Shown here: positions 42,112 to 49,874 of the stretch, one piece after another
How the letters are laid out: each line of letters begins with the position of its first letter
Position numbering within the stretch: position 1 is the first letter of the stretch
The notes under the pieces: generated by a model
Databases searched by the model: none
What the model was told of the DNA's origin: nothing
Seen by the model: only the letters and a program-made list of their open reading frames with translations
Virus record (IMG/VR): IMGVR_UViG_3300018877_000003
From: a virus
Strand: one strand, 5' to 3'
DNA: 64,000 nucleotides
Position numbers and translations under genes: made by a program

Positions 42112-42912
42112 TTACTTATCCTCTAGCGGCAGTTGAATCATTGAATTTGAGCCAGTTGCTTTAGGTGTCTTTCCGTCCCATTTTTGAATCCATTGATATT
42201 TGATCATTTCATCTGACATCGATTTTCTAATGGTTTCGTTATAGTCTGCAATACCTTGCGCTTCAATCTTTTTCTTCTTAGCTTCTGCTTCTGCAATTTT
42301 AATTTCTGTTTGAGAACGCTCAAGCTCTTGAGATGATTTCACACGCGCGTCAATTGCTTCTTGTGTAGCTTTATCTGGCTTTGGAACACCAAGAGTTAAA
42401 TCATCAATAATGAATCCATATTTCTTCATGTCTTCTGCAAAAGCCTTTTGAACTTCTGCGGCCGCTTCGGAAGATTTTTGACCATATGTATCAATTACTG
42501 AATATTTAGAAATTGATTGTCTTGCCGCATCCCATAGACGCGTTTTCAAGTATGTATTTTCAATTTGTTCAACATCAACTGCACCGAACTTATTGAATAC
42601 ATCAACTACTTTATCTGGCTGAACGACATAGTTATAGGCAATGTCCATTGAGATATTTTTCCCGTCAGAAGTAGCTACCTTAATATCTTCGTTATTTACT
42701 GTTTGCATACGAACCGGATACTCTGTCACTTTATCGAACAGGCCAACCACATGCCATCCTTGATCTAATGTCGTATCTTTCACTCCACCATTTGGTGAGT
42801 AAACAACTCCTACATAACCATTTGGAATCTTCTCAATAAACATTGATCCCAGAATCCCTCCTAATACCAATGCTCCACCAACAATAATTCCACCAATAAT
42901 CTTTTTATTCAT
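42112..42912 (-). CDS. SPFH/band-7 (prohibitin-like) membrane protein
   Basis: 266 aa. N-terminal TM helix, an SPFH core (GYVGVVYSPNGG..., ITLGVPKPD context) and a coiled-coil EAEAKKKKIEAQG. Confidence 0.75.
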   Translation of the reverse strand: MNKKIIGGIIVGGALVLGGILGSMFIEKIPNGYVGVVYSPNGGVKDTTLDQGWHVVGLFDKVTEYPVRMQTVNNEDIKVATSDGKNISMDIAYNYVVQPDKVVDVFNKFGAVDVEQIENTYLKTRLWDAARQSISKYSVIDTYGQKSSEAAAEVQKAFAEDMKKYGFIIDDLTLGVPKPDKATQEAIDARVKSSQELERSQTEIKIAEAEAKKKKIEAQGIADYNETIRKSMSDEMIKYQWIQKWDGKTPKATGSNSMIQLPLEDK

Positions 42913-43045
42913 TCTTATCTTCCTCCATAATTTTTTTAATTTTAGTTGCTTGCTTACCTACTTTCCCGAAAGTTGGGCTTAGCATTAACCATACTCCAAA
43001 AGCAAAAATAAACAGGATAATCAGAGAACCAATTACAACCTTCAT
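42905..43045 (-). CDS. small single-pass membrane protein (46 aa, not in the ORF track)
   Basis: GAGGTGA SD. Sequence begins MKVVIGSLIILFIFAFGVWLML... Its stop overlaps the SPFH ATG. Confidence 0.5.
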   Translation of the reverse strand: MKVVIGSLIILFIFAFGVWLMLSPTFGKVGKQATKIKKIMEEDKNE

Positions 43046-43048
43046 GCT

Positions 43049-43369
43049 TTATCTCACCTCTTCATGAATAGCTAGAGCAATTCTCCTTGCAAGATTCACA
43101 TGATCTTCTGGTTTAGCAAAATCTTTAACTACATCAAAAATACACATCGGAAGTGAGGTAAAGCTATGATAATTCGCATTTTCTAATTCTTCACCAATGA
43201 TATCGAGAATTACATCTGTATCTTTGATTTCATTGAATTTTGTAATCTGGTTCACTGAACCGCAGTGTTCACATACCTCAAAATCACTTACATGAGAATA
43301 GTGATTGTCGATATACTCATTAAAACTATAGGTACATTTAGGGCATTTAATGTGCACATAACTTTCCAT
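43049..43369 (-). CDS. zinc-ribbon protein
   Basis: 106 aa. Contains CPKC...CEHCG. Confidence 0.6.
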   Translation of the reverse strand: MESYVHIKCPKCTYSFNEYIDNHYSHVSDFEVCEHCGSVNQITKFNEIKDTDVILDIIGEELENANYHSFTSLPMCIFDVVKDFAKPEDHVNLARRIALAIHEEVR

Positions 43370-43400
43370 ACTGGAGACCCTCCTTCATAAAAGTTGAATT

Positions 43401-43652
43401 TTATACAATCTTGAACTCAAACTTGTTAAGCATATCCTCTATTTGATTAAAAGATTTATAGGCTCGCTCACCATTTTGCAAATTCTCAATAGTGATATAG
43501 CTTGCATAAGTTCCTCTATTACTCCCTGCTTTTTTCACAGGGATTGACAACATAATTTTGTCTCCAATTTTTAAATCTTTAAACATTTTTGCATTTGTTT
43601 TTGTAATGATCTTTTCAACTTCTAACACTTCACTTTTTAAAAAAATGTTCAT
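43401..43652 (-). CDS. hypothetical protein
   Basis: 83-aa co-oriented ORF. Confidence 0.6.
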   Translation of the reverse strand: MNIFLKSEVLEVEKIITKTNAKMFKDLKIGDKIMLSIPVKKAGSNRGTYASYITIENLQNGERAYKSFNQIEDMLNKFEFKIV

Positions 43653-43671
43653 TATAGCTGTCCTCCATTGG

Positions 43672-43890
43672 CTATAATTTCTTAACCAGACTTTTTATCT
43701 CTTTCGCCATATCTTTTTGTCCTTTATAGAAAAACATGTCATGATCATCTTCCCGATCAACTGCGTCTTCTTGCCATCTCTCTGACCTATTAATAAGTTT
43801 ATCTAGCAAGTGAACAAGCTTATCCTTATAAATTGAAACTTTTGATTGATTCATAAAATAGTTTTCCACTCCTATTATTCCTTTATACAT
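43672..43890 (-). CDS. hypothetical protein
   Basis: 72-aa ORF, first gene after promoter copy N. Confidence 0.55.
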   Translation of the reverse strand: MYKGIIGVENYFMNQSKVSIYKDKLVHLLDKLINRSERWQEDAVDREDDHDMFFYKGQKDMAKEIKSLVKKL

Positions 43891-43892
43891 TT

Positions 43893-43921
43893 ATTATATC
43901 ATTATTAATTAGTTTTGTAAA
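43893..43921 (-). promoter_or_regulatory. 19-nt element copy N, full sigmaA-like promoter
   Basis: The - strand reads TTTACA-AAACTAATTAATAATGA-TATAAT. Confidence 0.65.
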
Positions 43922-43934
43922 GGAGATTTAAAAA

Positions 43935-44129
43935 CTATTTACCCCTCTTAAATTCATCTAAAGCCGACTCTTCTGGTGGATAATACACCATTTCTTTTAT
44001 GCCATCTTTACTTTTCAAAGTAAATTTTTGTTTTCCATTATAATATTTAACTATTCCTTCAACTGAATACAATTCCCCATCAAATTCAATATTTCCTAAA
44101 CATGCATAGAAAGGAGTATAAATTCCCAT
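43935..44129 (-). CDS. hypothetical small protein
   Basis: 64-aa ORF. Its start overlaps the upstream stop by 1 nt. Confidence 0.5.
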   Translation of the reverse strand: MGIYTPFYACLGNIEFDGELYSVEGIVKYYNGKQKFTLKSKDGIKEMVYYPPEESALDEFKRGK

Positions 44130-44437
44130 TATTCATCCGCCGCCTCCTTAATGACATAACCCTTTAAAATGGCTTGATTCAAGTCAAACGCTGATAGACT
44201 GTTCAACGGTTCGAATAAACCCTCCCACGGTTTAGCATCACCTACCTTAATGATGAAGTGTTTACCAACGAATTGAATGCGTGCAAATTCCTTTTTGTCT
44301 CCTTTGGTCAAATCGTTTACTCTTTCAGGTTCAGCATCAGCCATTTTTAAATAAAACTTCATTCCCTCATCAATCGCCCGAGCCTGCGCGCGCGCGACTT
44401 CTATCTTGTCACTTGTTTTGATTGTAAATTTGTTCAT
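44129..44437 (-). CDS. hypothetical protein
   Basis: 102-aa co-oriented ORF. Confidence 0.6.
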   Translation of the reverse strand: MNKFTIKTSDKIEVARAQARAIDEGMKFYLKMADAEPERVNDLTKGDKKEFARIQFVGKHFIIKVGDAKPWEGLFEPLNSLSAFDLNQAILKGYVIKEAADE

Positions 44438-44463
44438 TTCCTCATCTCTCTTTACACATTGTT

Positions 44464-44838
44464 TTAAATCAATGTCTGAATCTCAAAAGAAACAGAATAA
44501 TCACAATAAATATTATTACTTCTTCGAATTAACGGAACTCCTGAACGAATTAAAGATTTCCTTGCAGAACGATATGTATTTGGATATTTTTCTTTATTTT
44601 TAGCTAAAGAATATTCCCATATTTTATATCTATCTGCTTCATATTCTGGTTTACAATCGCAACCACCATCACACCAAAGTTTATAAATCTCCTCTGATAA
44701 CTCATCTCTGTCAATAGTTACAAAATAACATTCGTAATATTCATTGTAAGCAAAGTAAATCTCGTCATAATCTTCAATTTCTCTTGATAACCTTTTAACC
44801 TTTCGTAAGGCGTCAAAAACACAATCAAACCGATCCAT
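44464..44838 (-). CDS. hypothetical Cys-containing protein
   Basis: 124 aa. The SD lies inside the GC-rich repeat copy 1. Confidence 0.6.
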   Translation of the reverse strand: MDRFDCVFDALRKVKRLSREIEDYDEIYFAYNEYYECYFVTIDRDELSEEIYKLWCDGGCDCKPEYEADRYKIWEYSLAKNKEKYPNTYRSARKSLIRSGVPLIRRSNNIYCDYSVSFEIQTLI

Positions 44839-44842
44839 TTTA

Positions 44843-44867
44843 ATTCTCCTTCCCAGCTCCGGCCGCT
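44843..44867. repeat. GC-rich 25-nt direct repeat, copy 1
   Basis: The + strand reads ATTCTCCTTCCCAGCTCCGGCCGCT. On the - strand it reads AGCGGCCGGAGCTGGGAAGGAGAAT, which includes an SD. Confidence 0.85.
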
Positions 44868-44870
44868 GTT

Positions 44871-45029
44871 TTACGCATTAACTCCCTTGACTTTATGCCC
44901 CTGTATGTCAAGTATCTCTAATATCACTTGAATAATTTCAGGGTTGTATTCATCGTATGGCTTGTTTATTTCCCTGTTGCAATAATACTCATACATTCTC
45001 CTGATTTTTTCGTTTTGTTCATCAGTCAT
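44871..45029 (-). CDS. hypothetical small protein
   Basis: 52 aa from ATG 45029 (AAGGAG SD 7 nt upstream, inside repeat copy 2). The track ORF's N-terminus merely translates the repeat. Confidence 0.5.
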   Translation of the reverse strand: MTDEQNEKIRRMYEYYCNREINKPYDEYNPEIIQVILEILDIQGHKVKGVNA

Positions 45030-45033
45030 ACTC

Positions 45034-45058
45034 ATTCTCCTTCCCAGCTCCGGCCGCT
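45034..45058. repeat. GC-rich 25-nt direct repeat, copy 2
   Basis: Exact copy of 44843-44867. It starts at the stop codon of 45058..45465. Confidence 0.85.
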
Positions 45059-45465
45059 CACACTTTACCTTCAAGTAATTTCAAAATGTCGTCGATGTCC
45101 TTTTCCTCGATGTAATGCCACTTTGCCCTTTGACATATGAATTTAATTTTTTGCATGCGCGTTATGCATTCATGTAAAGATCTCATGATCGCGGCATTCT
45201 CTGTCATCTCTTTTACAACCTGTTCGATAAGCCATTCCATATCAACACGCTCGATTTCATCTTCATTAAATCGTTCTTTGATTGCACTTAATTTGTCCGT
45301 TTTCATGCCTCCCTGTCTGCTCTTCGATTCTATTTTACCGACCGCTGTTTGTTCGCCGCTTATGTTTCTGCTGATGTTCACATGGCCACATTTAAGACAA
45401 AAATCGTGTTTGTGCTCATCTATGTACTCTTCCCAATCGCACTCATTACACCGATATAAATACAT
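45058..45465 (-). CDS. zinc-ribbon protein
   Basis: Contains CNEC...CLKCG. Start set to M14 (GGAAGGTGA SD). Confidence 0.6.
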   Translation of the reverse strand: MYLYRCNECDWEEYIDEHKHDFCLKCGHVNISRNISGEQTAVGKIESKSRQGGMKTDKLSAIKERFNEDEIERVDMEWLIEQVVKEMTENAAIMRSLHECITRMQKIKFICQRAKWHYIEEKDIDDILKLLEGKV

Positions 45466-45500
45466 TTTCTCACCTTCCTTACACGCAAAAAATGGCCTAA

Positions 45501-45716
45501 TCAACTTTCATAATCACTTGGGTTTTCAAGATAATCATCCACTAATTTCTTTAAATCATTAACAAAATCTTCGATCACGTCTTCGCATTCGTAAAAATTA
45601 TCTTCTAAAAACCAACCATCATCTTCATGCATTACTGTGTAGTAGATGCTATCCCAACCACCTAACGCTTTTTCTCGTTTCGCTTCAATTTCAAATCCTC
45701 TGTAATTAACCTTCAT
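45501..45716 (-). CDS. hypothetical small acidic protein
   Basis: 71-aa co-oriented ORF. Confidence 0.55.
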   Translation of the reverse strand: MKVNYRGFEIEAKREKALGGWDSIYYTVMHEDDGWFLEDNFYECEDVIEDFVNDLKKLVDDYLENPSDYES

Positions 45717-45728
45717 CTTTACACCTTG

Positions 45729-45920
45729 TTATGTTGCTATCCCTTTCTTTTCAATTAATTCAAAAAGATCATTTTCTTTATTGTATTTGACCTTCAAACT
45801 CATTCCATTTTTGAACCAAATATGTAAACTCATATCACCAAAGGGTCTATAATCCTCATAAAATGATTTAAGCTCAGGGAATTTCGATACAAATAATTTA
45901 TAAAGCTCACCATAAGTCAT
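45729..45920 (-). CDS. hypothetical small protein
   Basis: 63-aa co-oriented ORF. Confidence 0.5.
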   Translation of the reverse strand: MTYGELYKLFVSKFPELKSFYEDYRPFGDMSLHIWFKNGMSLKVKYNKENDLFELIEKKGIAT

Positions 45921-46140
45921 GTTGGTTTGTCAACTCCATTTCAAACCTCTTTTTAGATTCTTCTAATTTTTGTGGATCAACTGTTTTCATTACAATAGAG
46001 ACACCACTTAATTGAACCTTCCCACTATTTGAAATCAATGTTCCTCCGCACTTTACGCACTTTATACTTTTATCTGTCTGTTTGAAATTTTTAATGTCAT
46101 ATGTTTGCCTACAGTCATGATTCCAACAAACTAAGTACAC
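45907..46140 (-). CDS. zinc-ribbon protein
   Basis: 77 aa. Contains CWNHDC...CVKCGG. Confidence 0.55.
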   Translation of the reverse strand: MYLVCWNHDCRQTYDIKNFKQTDKSIKCVKCGGTLISNSGKVQLSGVSIVMKTVDPQKLEESKKRFEMELTNQHDLW

Positions 46141-46201
46141 AAATCATCCTCCTTGTCTATGCATGTTTATTGCTCTACTATAAGTATAATTTCTAAAAGC
46201 T

Positions 46202-46480
46202 TTATTCGCTCTTAAATTCAATAGAAAACGCTTTTGGTCTAAGACCTTTATCTAGCTCTATATATTCTCCTTGAAGTTCAGGTGTGATATCCCATAGTTC
46301 AATTGTTAGCTCAACTTCACTATCGTCAATCTCTTTTGCATTTGTGATTTTACCAATAACTTTAGGGATATGTTCTTCAATGTTCTTTTGCGATGCACTT
46401 CTATCAATAATCGGGAGATGTATAAAGTTTTTAATATCTACATTTGTATATCTTGCTATCTTTGTTTTAAATATTAACAT
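46202..46480 (-). CDS. hypothetical protein, paralog of 47094..47387
   Basis: Start at M9 (GAGGGGTG SD). MLIFKTKIARYTNVDI...VIGKITNAKEIDD.EVELTI.LW aligns along its whole length with the paralog. Confidence 0.6.
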   Translation of the reverse strand: MLIFKTKIARYTNVDIKNFIHLPIIDRSASQKNIEEHIPKVIGKITNAKEIDDSEVELTIELWDITPELQGEYIELDKGLRPKAFSIEFKSE

Positions 46481-46529
46481 GCTCACACCCCTCATAATCT
46501 TCATTCCTATAGAAAAGGATAATTATATC

Positions 46530-46781
46530 TCACTTTTCACAATCGACTCCATCAAAGCTTGAATACAATGGAGACATCGCAGTTGTTTTATAGTTGCCTT
46601 GTCCATCTTCAACATAAATATATTTACATCCTGTTTTTGAGTCGGTAATTATAGTGATGCGATTTGCATTTATACCATTGAATCTGTTCTCTCCATTGGT
46701 AGGTGCTTCACTTACAACAGTTTGTCCACAGCCAACTAAAAATGTTAGCAGTACAGTTGGTAATAACTTTGTCAGTTTCAT
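46530..46781 (-). CDS. lipoprotein
   Basis: Signal peptide plus lipobox: MKLTKLLPTVLLTFLVGCGQ. Confidence 0.7.
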   Translation of the reverse strand: MKLTKLLPTVLLTFLVGCGQTVVSEAPTNGENRFNGINANRITIITDSKTGCKYIYVEDGQGNYKTTAMSPLYSSFDGVDCEK

Positions 46782-46808
46782 CTTTTCTCTCCTAATATTT
46801 ATAACATT

Positions 46809-47033
46809 TTATATAATTTCGCTAATGTTATCATATTTTTTCAATTCGCTAATGACCTTTTCCATTTCAGCAATTTTCATTCCATTTAATGCTGGCACAT
46901 AACCCAAAATCCTATGTAGAAACCATCTTTTTTCTTTGATATTCCCAAATCCTACTCTTTTAAATTCTTTGTCCATCTCTTTTCTTAATACAGGAAAGTA
47001 TCCCATAGCAGTGTAAAAATTCATAATAATCAC
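46809..47033 (-). CDS. hypothetical small protein
   Basis: 74-aa co-oriented ORF. Confidence 0.5.
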   Translation of the reverse strand: MIIMNFYTAMGYFPVLRKEMDKEFKRVGFGNIKEKRWFLHRILGYVPALNGMKIAEMEKVISELKKYDNISEII

Positions 47034-47093
47034 TCCAGAAAGCTTTATTTGCTCTTAATAGAGGGGTTTTAATTTCTTAATAAAAGAAAAGTT

Positions 47094-47387
47094 TTATTCA
47101 GAATCAAAACCCATTGAGAATGTTACTGGCTTGACATTGCCGTTCGTTTCTCTTAAATATTCCCCTTGAAGTTTATTTTTCCATAATGTTATTGTTAATT
47201 CGATTTCGTTATTATCAACGACTTCTGCATTTGTTATTACGCCAATAACTTTAGAGTTGTCGTTTCCATAAATAACGCCTTCTTTAAAATTCATCCGTGC
47301 TGTAACTCTATCAGTGACAGGAACATTTATGTAATCCTCAATATTTACATTAGTACGCCTTATTGTTCTTGTTTTAATGATCATCAT
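47094..47387 (-). CDS. hypothetical protein, paralog of 46202..46480
   Basis: 97 aa. Contains MMIIKTRTIRRTNVNI...VIGVITNAEVVDNNEIELTITLW. Confidence 0.6.
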   Translation of the reverse strand: MMIIKTRTIRRTNVNIEDYINVPVTDRVTARMNFKEGVIYGNDNSKVIGVITNAEVVDNNEIELTITLWKNKLQGEYLRETNGNVKPVTFSMGFDSE

Positions 47388-47427
47388 GTTTATACACCTC
47401 TTTATAAGATAGAAGTTTTATTTATAT

Positions 47428-47550
47428 TTATACATTAATCTTACATAGGCTTTTTTGCCATGCATTTAAACGAAAATCTAAGTATTTCTCAACAAAGTAA
47501 ACAGGGTCGCTCTTTATTTTATCAAGTTCTTTTTTGCTATTTTTATCCAC
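47428..47550 (-). CDS. small ORF (40 aa, not in the ORF track)
   Basis: GTG start with a GAGGTGA SD. Sequence is VDKNSKKELDKIKSDPVYFVEKYLDFRLNAWQKSLCKINV. Confidence 0.3.
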   Translation of the reverse strand: MDKNSKKELDKIKSDPVYFVEKYLDFRLNAWQKSLCKINV

Positions 47551-47586
47551 CTTATTCACCTCTAAATAAAACTCGCATTTTAATTA

Positions 47587-48066
47587 TTATAAAAACCAGT
47601 GTCTCTTTCCATTTAGTACGTTATATGGAATTTCCTCATCCATTTCTACATCATACCCCTCTACCCAAGGGTTAGAATTTACAGAAGTTTGATTCCAACA
47701 AACTCCAATAAAATCTTCGTCAAGCAAAATCTCTTCTGAAATAATTCTTGCTTGTTCTGGCAAATTACTGTTCGGATAAGTCTTATCATATTCTTTAAAT
47801 GCTTGTAATAGATTAGGGACATCTTCTTTCTTTACCACAACATTATCGAAGGTTGCCTTCATTGTGATATTTTCAAAATCTTTAAGAACACCTTTATCAG
47901 CCATTTTCCAAAGTTGATTGAACCCTCCAAGCATTCCACCTTGAATACCATAAGCATCAGCTAGACTCTGCCATACATGAAAAGCACCTGCGAAAGCATT
48001 TCTTACTTCATCTACAAAAACAACTTCACCATTTGTCTTAACTCCATAAATTTCTGTATAACTCAT
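47587..48066 (-). CDS. hypothetical protein
   Basis: 159-aa co-oriented ORF. Confidence 0.65.
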   Translation of the reverse strand: MSYTEIYGVKTNGEVVFVDEVRNAFAGAFHVWQSLADAYGIQGGMLGGFNQLWKMADKGVLKDFENITMKATFDNVVVKKEDVPNLLQAFKEYDKTYPNSNLPEQARIISEEILLDEDFIGVCWNQTSVNSNPWVEGYDVEMDEEIPYNVLNGKRHWFL

Positions 48067-48100
48067 TTTATATTCCTCCTTTATAAAGCAAGCATCTTAT

Positions 48101-48313
48101 CTATTTTAATAAGCCTCTTATCTCCCCTGCATCGATACGTTCATCATCCCACATATCAGAAATTAAATCTTCAATGCCATCAACGTTCTCAATCATTTTC
48201 TTAACTTCTTCATATGCTTCTTCCACTTCTTCTCTGTGGTCATCTTCTAATTCACAATCTAAATAATGTTCGAAAACATAATCTATTACATATTTAAATT
48301 TATCTCTTTTCAT
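48101..48313 (-). CDS. small highly acidic protein
   Basis: 70 aa, with 24 D/E against 10 K/R by hand count. Confidence 0.55.
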   Translation of the reverse strand: MKRDKFKYVIDYVFEHYLDCELEDDHREEVEEAYEEVKKMIENVDGIEDLISDMWDDERIDAGEIRGLLK

Positions 48314-48368
48314 AATATCACCTCTGTATAAAACTGAACTTTATTCATCTATTACTTCATTTTTTGTA

Positions 48369-48677
48369 TCAATCTATCTTCTTTAAATAATCAACCTTAA
48401 TCACACATTCAAAATCATAGAATGGGATACCATTATTCTGTATTACATAGTATGTCTCTTCTGACGGATGCGGATCATATAAATATTCATATACCTCACC
48501 GAAGGTTAAATCTGTTCCTTGTAAATCCTCATCTATGATTTTGACATGTGTTGCTTCTTTTTTAGCACAAGAAATGAATTTCATAGTATAATCCTTTCCA
48601 ACCCTATATCCAATCCAATAGCACGCAAATCCTTGCAGAATGAGCATAATAAGAAGTTCACCAAATCCAAAATACAT
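48369..48677 (-). CDS. hypothetical membrane-anchored protein
   Basis: 102 aa with an N-terminal TM helix. Confidence 0.6.
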   Translation of the reverse strand: MYFGFGELLIMLILQGFACYWIGYRVGKDYTMKFISCAKKEATHVKIIDEDLQGTDLTFGEVYEYLYDPHPSEETYYVIQNNGIPFYDFECVIKVDYLKKID

Positions 48678-48691
48678 TTATAATTCTCCTT

Positions 48692-49027
48692 TTAACTATT
48701 TCCAATTAAGCTGAACAATCTATCAATATCTTCTGGTTTATGCCCATCCCATTTTGGAGCAAATTCTAATTCTTTAACATCAAACAATTCCCAATAGTCT
48801 TTGTGATAGTGGTAAGTATAGTGGCCGTGAGCAGTCTCAATCCCAACAATGAAGTAATCGTCAAACATTGTTCCATCATCATGTTTCCAAGACTTCCATG
48901 CTTTATCTTTATATGTATTACAAATGACAGAGAATAAAATCATTCGATGATAATATAATTCATCAAAAGTATGATATCCATCGCTAATTAAACCTTTTCT
49001 TTCTACGTTAAATTCAAATTTCGACAT
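48692..49027 (-). CDS. hypothetical protein
   Basis: 111-aa co-oriented ORF, rich in His, Trp and Tyr. Confidence 0.6.
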   Translation of the reverse strand: MSKFEFNVERKGLISDGYHTFDELYYHRMILFSVICNTYKDKAWKSWKHDDGTMFDDYFIVGIETAHGHYTYHYHKDYWELFDVKELEFAPKWDGHKPEDIDRLFSLIGNS

Positions 49028-49038
49028 CTATTTCTCTC

Positions 49039-49380
49039 CTAACCTTTGAATAGTTGTAATCTCTTCACATATTTTTGCGCCTCTGATTTTTTCATAGGTG
49101 GTAAGACAACAACAGTTTTTGATCCTTTTGGTATCTCTGTTAATCCATTATCAGTAACCATGAAACTGTATGTTACATTTGACAGGATTTTATGTAAATC
49201 TTTTTCTTTTCCTTGAAGTATGATCTTTTTTTGATCTCTCTCGTACCATTTCTGAAATGTCTCTTGTTCACTCAGCATCACAGCGGAAATGGTTGCTCCA
49301 TGTGCAACTTGTGCAGACATTTTTCCTTTTGACATATTAAGTTCTTTGTTAACAACGTAATATTGAACAAGCTCATCCAT
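49039..49380 (-). CDS. peptidyl-tRNA hydrolase, PTH2 (archaeal/eukaryotic) type
   Basis: YYVVNKELNMSKGKMSAQVAHGA, DQKKIILQ, VTDNGLTEIPKGSKTVVVLPP and RLQLF align with the Pth2 signature VVR.DL.MGKGK.AAQ.AHA...DAG.T....G..T. Confidence 0.75.
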   Translation of the reverse strand: MDELVQYYVVNKELNMSKGKMSAQVAHGATISAVMLSEQETFQKWYERDQKKIILQGKEKDLHKILSNVTYSFMVTDNGLTEIPKGSKTVVVLPPMKKSEAQKYVKRLQLFKG

Positions 49381-49399
49381 ATAATTCTCCTAAACCAAT

Positions 49400-49663
49400 T
49401 TAACTTTTATAATATCTCTCTTCAATTTTTGCATAGTCATATTCCTTGTCTTTTGGAGCATAATGACTGACTAGATTTAAACACGAACTCAATGTTTCAG
49501 GAGGGTGATCGAATTTTTTAGATTCATGTACAATGCCTTGCCCTATGTATTGATTTTCCCATCCACCGTTTAAAAATACATTCATATAGGTATTACCGTA
49601 ATAAGCAATTACATATTTTTTAATCATGTTTATCTCCTTATTATCTATTGATGCTTTATCCAA
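49400..49663 (-). CDS. hypothetical protein
   Basis: 87-aa co-oriented ORF. Confidence 0.55.
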   Translation of the reverse strand: MDKASIDNKEINMIKKYVIAYYGNTYMNVFLNGGWENQYIGQGIVHESKKFDHPPETLSSCLNLVSHYAPKDKEYDYAKIEERYYKS

Positions 49664-49838
49664 ATAACCTATTCTTCATATTCTTCAAAGCCTCTACAAC
49701 TGTTTCACCATCTGTCGACTCCATATCCATGAAGCTACGTCCTTTTGGAACGGCATGTACCGTTGGTTTGCGATTTATGTCTATTGTTATTTGTAATGCT
49801 ACGCAATTTTCTTTAAAGAAATCCAGTAATTCTTCCAT
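49656..49838 (-). CDS. hypothetical small protein
   Basis: 60-aa ORF. Preferred over the antisense + strand ORF because its strand is consistent with the array. Confidence 0.45.
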   Translation of the reverse strand: MEELLDFFKENCVALQITIDINRKPTVHAVPKGRSFMDMESTDGETVVEALKNMKNRLFG

Positions 49839-49874
49839 CTTGTCACTCCCTTTGTAAAGCTGTGCCCCATAATA

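Noticed and set aside
47040-47058. An 18/19-nt match to the 3' end of paralog 46202..46480, considered as a separate functional repeat.
   Set aside because: Most simply explained as the decayed 3' end of a third paralog copy. It is folded into the paralog finding.
47428-47550. The 40-aa ORF whose sequence (SDPVYFVEKYL..L.AWQK) resembles the N-terminus of terminase large subunits or helicase loaders, possibly a gene relic.
   Set aside because: The resemblance rests on about 15 residues recalled from memory and there is no downstream continuation in any frame. It is reported only as a low-confidence small ORF.
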